Source of the DNA: Clostridia bacterium
Lineage (GTDB): Bacteria; Bacillota; Clostridia; RGIG6154
Reading direction: 5' to 3'
DNA: 52,199 nt
NCBI GenBank assembly: GCA_045660065.1
Contig: JAZRDC010000104.1
Location: 1-52,199, forward strand
In this document: piece after piece, positions 45,731 through 52,199 of the stretch
Position numbering within the stretch: the stretch's first letter is position 1
How the letters are laid out: the number at the start of each line of letters is the position of its first letter
Position numbers and translations under genes: made by a program
Notes under the pieces: model-generated
What the model was told of the DNA's origin: nothing
The model's input: the letters and a program-made list of their open reading frames with translations, nothing else
Database searches by the model: none

Positions 45731-47512
45731 TTATACAAAGTGTAAGTAGAGCCAGTTCAAGGTGTCTTCGCCGCCGACTACAACATCAATAATTGCGTTT
45801 TTAATAGCATTTTCATATGATGTGCCATAGGCTTCGTCCATTTTAAGAAGTTCTTTAAATGCGGATTTTGCGGTGGATATTTCGGTGCTGTATTTGCTCT
45901 TTATATAACCTGAAGAAAGAATATGATGCTCTGCGTTATTTAATGCGTCTTCAAGACATTTTACAATATTTAATCTGAAAGTTTCTGCAAGTTGATTTGC
46001 TCTGTCATTGGTGTCTTGAGTGCCGCCTGAACTTATGCCTATCATATTGTTTTTCAAAGATACAGTGCCATTACCATATAAAGTTTTGTTTATGTAGTCC
46101 ACAACCTCTGTGTTCTGTGCCGCAATTTCCTGAGAGGAAACTATATGTGTAACAAGAACAATCTGCTGACCTGCAATGTTTGTATATTCTTTGATATAAT
46201 ATGTTCCGCTTTCAATGGCAGATGGTAAAAGCGTTGTAAAATCATTTTCTGTGAAGCCCGATTTAGTAGGGATATAAATGATTTTTGCATCATTTTCAAG
46301 AACCAATTCGCTGCCGAAAGTTTTGCTTTGAGCATCGTAAAATGTTTCGTGATAGGTTTTACCCGCGGAGAGTTTTTTGTAAACATTATCATCCGGAAAT
46401 GCCATTGAGGTTATTTTTCCGTCAGGTGAAATCAAAACTCTTGCCATTCGTTTTTCATAATTGTTCAGGCATTCGCCCTGTTTATATACATTGGCGTTGT
46501 TTGTGCCAACTTTGTTCAGATAATAAAGCGTATCGCTTGTTGGAAGTACATCAATAAAACGAACATCATTTCCGCTGGTAACAAAGAATAATAACCAGTC
46601 ATAGTTAGGAGTCCAGTTTTTGGTATACTTGTTGTTTTCGTCTTTGTCTGAATATCTGTTGTAAGATTTGTGTCTTAAAGTACCAAGATAGTCATAAGCG
46701 GCTGCTTTATCGGTAACTATTGTATTTCCGTAAGACAAAATAAAGTTGTCTGCAAAATCATAATATTTATATGTGCCGTCAGTTCCGAAAAGTTTAACTC
46801 CGGTTGAAGAGTCTGCCTGCATAATCAAACCATACTTTTCAGTAGATACGGCTGGGGTGATATTTGTGTACTGTGATACTTCTGTACCATTTTTCAAAGT
46901 AAAAGCAATTCTTGCAGGAGCCGAGTTTGAATAAACGGTAAAATCTTTCAAAACAGCCTGATTTGCAACAAGTGAAATGTTATCAAATTGCTTAAATCCG
47001 CATATTTTTCCTGAAGAATCATACATTCTGATTACAGGTGTGTATGTGGCGCTTGCAGGTGAATTAAAAACTGCCTCAAAAGTGTAATTTCCTGACTGAT
47101 TTCTTGTAAGTTGAATGTTTGCTATATTTCCGAAAGGCTCGTTACAAACTGTTGTTGGAATAATTTCATACTGAGCAACAGGGATTGGCGCACCACTTGC
47201 ATCCCACAGCATAAATTTCATTGTTTTTGGTGTATTCCATGGAGTAACACTTATTGAAAGTGCCTGTTGTGCTTTTTCTGAAAAAGCATAGTCGCCGATT
47301 GTAAGTCCGCAAAGAGCATTTCTTGAATCATACATCGCAACAATCGGAATGTATATTGAATACTGAGGCATTGTAACCACAGATTCAAAAACATAATCAC
47401 CGTTGTCAGAAATTAGGTATGTATGTGTTGCAGGTGCACTTTCGGCAAAAACAAAGAGCTGCGAAGAGAGCACCAGCACAAATGTTAATATAAAAAACAA
47501 AAGTTTTTTCAT
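45731..47512 (-). CDS. Secreted hypothetical protein with two tandem N-terminal beta-rich repeats
   Basis: Sec signal MKKLLFFIL...VFA-E. Repeats GDYVFESV...PIVAMYDS..LCG and GNYTFEAV...PVIRMYDS..ICG. Confidence 0.7.
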   Translation of the reverse strand: MKKLLFFILTFVLVLSSQLFVFAESAPATHTYLISDNGDYVFESVVTMPQYSIYIPIVAMYDSRNALCGLTIGDYAFSEKAQQALSISVTPWNTPKTMKFMLWDASGAPIPVAQYEIIPTTVCNEPFGNIANIQLTRNQSGNYTFEAVFNSPASATYTPVIRMYDSSGKICGFKQFDNISLVANQAVLKDFTVYSNSAPARIAFTLKNGTEVSQYTNITPAVSTEKYGLIMQADSSTGVKLFGTDGTYKYYDFADNFILSYGNTIVTDKAAAYDYLGTLRHKSYNRYSDKDENNKYTKNWTPNYDWLLFFVTSGNDVRFIDVLPTSDTLYYLNKVGTNNANVYKQGECLNNYEKRMARVLISPDGKITSMAFPDDNVYKKLSAGKTYHETFYDAQSKTFGSELVLENDAKIIYIPTKSGFTENDFTTLLPSAIESGTYYIKEYTNIAGQQIVLVTHIVSSQEIAAQNTEVVDYINKTLYGNGTVSLKNNMIGISSGGTQDTNDRANQLAETFRLNIVKCLEDALNNAEHHILSSGYIKSKYSTEISTAKSAFKELLKMDEAYGTSYENAIKNAIIDVVVGGEDTLNWLYLHFV

Positions 47513-47688
47513 TTTTGTTCATCCTTTCTCAAAATATATAATACCATAAAAATAACAAAAATTCAATGGTTTTTTGCCTTAAAAATAAAGACTGTTTTTT
47601 TGGCAATTTTGTTCCTTTTGTTTGTTGACGAAGCAAGGGTTTTATGATATAATATTTTGGTATTAGTATAAAATGCGGAGGTGTATGT

Positions 47689-48621
47689 ATGCCAATTAAA
47701 ATTCCTGATAAATTACCGGCGGCAAAAACATTAAAAGACGAGAGAATTTTCGTGATGACCGAGAAAAGAGCATCATCACAGGATATCCGTCCACTTAAAA
47801 TAGCAATCCTTAATATTATGCCCACAAAAATAGTTACAGAAACTCAACTTTTAAGACTATTAGGCAACTCACCAATTCAGGTTGATGTGGATTTATTAAA
47901 AACAAAAACATATGAATCAAAAAATACCGCTCGTGAACATCTTGCAGCTTTTTATAAGGTTTTTGATGATATTAAAGACCAAAAGTACGACGGACTTATC
48001 ATCACAGGGGCACCTGTTGAAATAATGGAATTTGATAATGTTGAATACTGGCAGGAACTTTGCGAAATTATGGAATGGAGCAAAACTCATGTTACATCAA
48101 CTCTTCACATTTGCTGGGGAGCGCAGGCAGGGCTTTTCTATCATTTCGGCATTGAAAAAGAACTTCTGCCAAAAAAACTTTCAGGCGTATATAACCACAA
48201 AGTTAAAAAGAAAAATACTAAACTTTTGAGAGGCTTTGACGACGAGTTTTTTGCGCCTCATTCAAGATATACAAAATCTGTATCAGAGCAGATTAAGAAC
48301 AATGAAAATTTAGATGTTTTAGCAGAATCAAAAGAAGCAGGAGAACTTTTGATTTCATCAAAAGACAGAAAAATGCTTTTCATAACAGGGCATATGGAAT
48401 ATGATGCAGACACCTTGGCTACAGAATATTTCAGAGATGTCGACAAAGGTATTAACCCTGATGTGCCTGAAAATTATTTCCCGGGAAATGATCCGAAAAA
48501 AGCACCGATTGTCAAATGGCGTTCTGCTGCAACACTTCTTTTTTCAAACTGGATTAACTATTACCTGTATCAGGAAACTCCTTACGATATCAACGAAGTA
48601 GGAAAAAACGTAAAGAAATAG
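47689..48621 (+). CDS. metA: Homoserine O-acyltransferase, MetA family (probably acetyltransferase)
   Basis: MPIKIP, ILNIMP-x-KI-x-TE, TGAPVE, ICWGAQA, PHSR, GHMEYD. Confidence 0.95.
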   Translation: MPIKIPDKLPAAKTLKDERIFVMTEKRASSQDIRPLKIAILNIMPTKIVTETQLLRLLGNSPIQVDVDLLKTKTYESKNTAREHLAAFYKVFDDIKDQKYDGLIITGAPVEIMEFDNVEYWQELCEIMEWSKTHVTSTLHICWGAQAGLFYHFGIEKELLPKKLSGVYNHKVKKKNTKLLRGFDDEFFAPHSRYTKSVSEQIKNNENLDVLAESKEAGELLISSKDRKMLFITGHMEYDADTLATEYFRDVDKGINPDVPENYFPGNDPKKAPIVKWRSAATLLFSNWINYYLYQETPYDINEVGKNVKK

Positions 48622-48637
48622 AAACGGAGATGTATGT

Positions 48638-51244
48638 ATGACTCCAATGATGCTCCAGTATATGGAGATAAAAGAGCAAAATAAAGATTGTATAATTTTT
48701 TACAGACTTGGCGATTTTTACGAAATGTTCTTTTCTGATGCAAAAATTGCATCGGAGATTTTAGGGCTCACTTTAACAGGCAGAGATTGCGGCGAAGAAG
48801 AACGCGCACCTATGTGCGGAGTTCCTTATCACAGTTGCGACCCGTATATTGCAAAGTTAGTAAAAGCAGGGCATAAAGTTGCAGTTTGCGAACAGGTGTC
48901 AGATCCAAAAGAGAGCAAAGGGTTAGTAAAAAGGGAAATTGTCAGGGTAATCACACCCGGAACTATTACTATTCCGGATGCAATAGATGAAACTTCAAAC
49001 AACTTTATAGTTTGTGTTTTAAAAGACGGAACATCTTTCGGATTTGTTGCCGCCGATGCATCAACAGGTGAACTTTATGCAACAGAATTCACATCAGAAA
49101 GTGCAAAGTCTGATGTTTTGAATGAAATTGCAAAATTTGCACCATCTGAGGCAATTTATAACAATTCTTTGGCAGAAGATAAATATGCAGTGAATATTAT
49201 CACCAAAAGATATAATCCATTTATGCAACTTGCAGAAGATGTGGACTTTGAAAGTGCAAAAGCGATCCTTGAAACACATTTGAAAGACCATGTCAAAAAA
49301 GAAGATATAAATGAGCATAAACTTGCAACACGCGCAGTTGCAATGATGCTTCACTATCTTACAAAAACACAGATGACAGAACTTCAACACATCAACAAGG
49401 CTGAATTTTATAAATCTGCGCAGTATCTTAGCCTTGACAGTGTAGCAAGAGCAAATTTAGAACTTACAAAAACATTCAGGGAAAATAGTAAAAAAGGCTC
49501 ACTTCTGGGCGTTATTGATAAAACCAAAACAGGTATGGGCGCAAGAATGATTTCCAACTGGCTTGTTCAGCCTCTTGTTTCATGCGGCCATATTAAAAGA
49601 CGACTTGATTCAGTTGAAGAATTTACAAAAAAACAACTTCTTCGTGAAGAAATGAGAAACCTTCTTTCAAACATCAGCGATATTGAAAGAATTGTTTCAA
49701 AGATTGAATATCAGACGGTAAATGCAAGAGATTTACTTGCACTTAACGATTCAATCAAGCATCTACCTGATGTTAAAAAACTTATGCAGGAATGTGAAAG
49801 CAGTCTTTTTGCGGAAATGTTTACCGAGTTTGACTTGCTTAACGATATATATAATCTGATTTCTGTGGCTATTGAAACAGACAACACTCCGTTTACAATA
49901 AGAGAAGGCGGAATTATAAAAGAGGGTTACGATGCTCAACTTGACGAGTGGCGTAACGGCAGAAAAAACGGCAGTGCCAGACTTGCCGAACTTGAAGCCC
50001 GTGAAAGAGAAAGAACGGGAATTAAAAATCTTAAAGTAAGTTACAACCGAGTTTTCGGATATTATCTCGAAGTTACAAGGTCTTATTATGACCTGATACC
50101 TGAAGATTATATCAGAAAACAGACTTTGGCAAATGCTGAAAGATTTATCACCCAGGAACTTAAAGAAATAGAAGATATTGTTTTGAGATCGGATGAAAAG
50201 ATTGTTGCAAGAGAGTATAATCTTTTCTGCGACATCAGAGAAACAATAAAAGGAAAAATCGAAAGACTTCAAAGAGTTGCAAAAGTTATTGCAACCATTG
50301 ATGCCATAGCATCACTTTCTGAAGTTGCGGTTAAAAACGGTTATACAAAACCTGAAGTTACACCTGACAGTGAAATTATAATAAAAGACGGCAGACATCC
50401 TGTTGTTGAAACAATGCTCAAAAACAGTCTTTTTGTGCCAAATGACACAACACTCGACTGTTCGGACAACCTGTTTTCAATAATCACAGGTCCTAATATG
50501 GCAGGTAAGTCTACATATATGAGACAGATTGCGGTTATTGTAATTTTAGCACAGATGGGAAGCTTTGTTCCTGCATCTTATGCCAAAATCGGTATTGTGG
50601 ACAAGATTTTCACAAGAATAGGTGCGTCAGACGATTTGTCATCAGGTCAGAGTACATTTATGGTGGAAATGAACGAAGTTGCAAATATTATAAACAACGC
50701 AACTGATAAAAGTTTGCTTATTATTGACGAAGTTGGCAGAGGAACTTCTACTTTTGACGGACTTTCAATCGCATGGGCGTTAGTTGAATATATTGCAGAC
50801 AAGAAAAAGCTTGGTGCAAGAACACTTTTTGCAACTCACTATCACGAACTTACACAGTTGGAAGAAACAGTAAAAGGTGTTAAAAACTACTGTATTATTG
50901 CTAAAAAACGCGGAGACGACATAGTATTTTTAAGAAAAATCGTTCGTGGCGGAGCAGACGAAAGTTATGGTATTGAAGTTGCAAAACTTGCAGGCGTTTC
51001 TGATGATGTAATCAAAAATGCCAAAAAGATTTTGTCATCTTTAGAAAATCCTGATGAGAAACAACAGATAACAAAAAAAGCACCAAAAACAGAACAAAAA
51101 GTTGATATGCAGTTTAATATGTTTGATGATGACAGAACTGATTTTATCAAAGAAATTGCAGAAATTGATATAAATGTGCTGTCACCGATTGAGGCTATGA
51201 ACAAACTGTTTGAACTTAAAAATAAAGCGGAAAATATAATGTAA
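48638..51244 (+). CDS. mutS: DNA mismatch repair protein MutS
   Basis: TPMMLQY, GDFYEMF, PMCGVP, TGPNMAGKST, STFMVEM, DEVGRGTST, SYGIEVAKLAG. Confidence 0.98.
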   Translation: MTPMMLQYMEIKEQNKDCIIFYRLGDFYEMFFSDAKIASEILGLTLTGRDCGEEERAPMCGVPYHSCDPYIAKLVKAGHKVAVCEQVSDPKESKGLVKREIVRVITPGTITIPDAIDETSNNFIVCVLKDGTSFGFVAADASTGELYATEFTSESAKSDVLNEIAKFAPSEAIYNNSLAEDKYAVNIITKRYNPFMQLAEDVDFESAKAILETHLKDHVKKEDINEHKLATRAVAMMLHYLTKTQMTELQHINKAEFYKSAQYLSLDSVARANLELTKTFRENSKKGSLLGVIDKTKTGMGARMISNWLVQPLVSCGHIKRRLDSVEEFTKKQLLREEMRNLLSNISDIERIVSKIEYQTVNARDLLALNDSIKHLPDVKKLMQECESSLFAEMFTEFDLLNDIYNLISVAIETDNTPFTIREGGIIKEGYDAQLDEWRNGRKNGSARLAELEARERERTGIKNLKVSYNRVFGYYLEVTRSYYDLIPEDYIRKQTLANAERFITQELKEIEDIVLRSDEKIVAREYNLFCDIRETIKGKIERLQRVAKVIATIDAIASLSEVAVKNGYTKPEVTPDSEIIIKDGRHPVVETMLKNSLFVPNDTTLDCSDNLFSIITGPNMAGKSTYMRQIAVIVILAQMGSFVPASYAKIGIVDKIFTRIGASDDLSSGQSTFMVEMNEVANIINNATDKSLLIIDEVGRGTSTFDGLSIAWALVEYIADKKKLGARTLFATHYHELTQLEETVKGVKNYCIIAKKRGDDIVFLRKIVRGGADESYGIEVAKLAGVSDDVIKNAKKILSSLENPDEKQQITKKAPKTEQKVDMQFNMFDDDRTDFIKEIAEIDINVLSPIEAMNKLFELKNKAENIM

Positions 51245-51263
51245 ATCCCGAAAGGAAATGCAA

Positions 51264-52199
51264 ATGGGAAAAATTAACGTACTTGATATAGAAACTGTTA
51301 ATAAAATTGCGGCAGGCGAGGTTGTAGAGCGCCCTGCTTCTGTTGTCAAGGAATTAGTTGAAAACTCAATAGACGCAGGGGCGGATATGATAACCGTTGA
51401 AATTAAAAACGGTGGCATTTCCTTTATCAGAATAACAGATAATGGCTCAGGAATTGACAAAGATGATGTTGAAACTGCATTTTTGCCACACTCTACAAGT
51501 AAAATCAGCAAAATTGATGACCTTTACAAACTTTATACAATGGGCTTCCGTGGTGAAGCGTTAGCATCAATCGCATCTGTTGCTAAAGTAGATGTTATTA
51601 CTAAAGCCAAAGGTGAGATTGAAGGTACTGTCCTTAACTTAGAAGGCGGAAAAATTGTTTCAAAATCAGAAACAGGCTGTCCTGATGGTACAACAATGGT
51701 TGTAAAAGAACTTTTTTACAACACTCCCGCAAGAATGAATTTTTTAAAAAAAGATGTAACCGAAGCGGCACATATTGCAGAAACCGTGGACAGAATGATT
51801 TTGGGAAACCCTTGCATTTCATTTAAGTATATTAATGCAGGCAGAGAAATAAGATTTTCTTCAGGAAACGGCAGTATAAGAGATGCGGCAGCGTCGGTAT
51901 GGGGCAGAGAAGTGGCATCATCTTTAATTGATGTTGACTATGAACTTGATGGAGTGCGTGTATACGGCGCAGTCGGTATGCCATATTCTGCAAGACAAAA
52001 CCGTGGTATGCAGAACTTTTATGTAAACGGCAGATGGGTTAAATCTAAAACAATTTGCTATGCGGCAGAAAATGCATACAGAACTATGCTTATGACAGGC
52101 AAATTCCCTGTGCTCATCTTAAATGTTGAAATAGACAGCAAAATGGTCGATGTAAATGTTCATCCTTCAAAACTTGAAATTAAGTTTTCTGATGAAAGA
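51264..52199 (+). CDS. mutL: DNA mismatch repair protein MutL (3'-truncated by the window edge; absent from the supplied ORF track)
   Basis: Translates MGKINVLDIETVNKIAAGEVVERPASVVKELVENSIDAGA...DNGSG...TSKI...GFRGEALASI...VDVNVHPSK. Directly follows mutS. Confidence 0.97.
   Translation, partial: MGKINVLDIETVNKIAAGEVVERPASVVKELVENSIDAGADMITVEIKNGGISFIRITDNGSGIDKDDVETAFLPHSTSKISKIDDLYKLYTMGFRGEALASIASVAKVDVITKAKGEIEGTVLNLEGGKIVSKSETGCPDGTTMVVKELFYNTPARMNFLKKDVTEAAHIAETVDRMILGNPCISFKYINAGREIRFSSGNGSIRDAAASVWGREVASSLIDVDYELDGVRVYGAVGMPYSARQNRGMQNFYVNGRWVKSKTICYAAENAYRTMLMTGKFPVLILNVEIDSKMVDVNVHPSKLEIKFSDER

Noticed and set aside
111-51822. Numerous 60-190 aa ORFs in the track that overlap confident genes (e.g. 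8830-9219, 32860-33432, 43354-43899, 49763-50272)
   Set aside because: They are antisense or off-frame shadows of well-supported genes, with no recognisable motifs or RBS.
1-52199. CRISPR arrays, tRNA/rRNA genes, IS elements, prophage or defence systems
   Set aside because: No regularly spaced repeats, cloverleaf or rRNA signatures, transposases or phage genes were seen, and intergenic gaps are all short.

Overview
A 52 kb, low-GC chromosomal segment from a spore-forming Clostridia (Bacillota) bacterium. A housekeeping and sporulation backbone (truA, spo0A, spoIVB, hpf, rnr, secG, class A PBP, gpmI-tpiA-pgk, degV, mscL, metA, mutS, partial mutL) is interleaved with small accessory catabolic modules. 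These modules are a GH3, an uncharacterised glycyl radical enzyme with its activase, tdh-kbl, GH1 with a ceramidase-like amidohydrolase, and EamA with a GH109-like oxidoreductase; several sit next to AraC regulators. I saw no rRNA, tRNA, CRISPR array, transposase or prophage. Best leads: (1) a ~185-nt SigH-driven, multi-hairpin leader of hpf, with an SD-led 11-codon uORF and a long-range stem that covers the hpf ribosome-binding site; (2) an AraC-linked glycyl radical enzyme with non-canonical GGCWD and RVCGFS active-site loops; (3) a 112-nt rod-like RNA in the amidohydrolase leader; (4) an operator-like TACCAA repeat array over the spo0A promoter; (5) unannotated Cys-rich putative spore proteins with SigK/SigE-type promoters; (6) WalR-type boxes at cell-wall genes. 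All protein family calls come from motif recognition by eye, RNA pairings were worked out by hand, and no database search was run.
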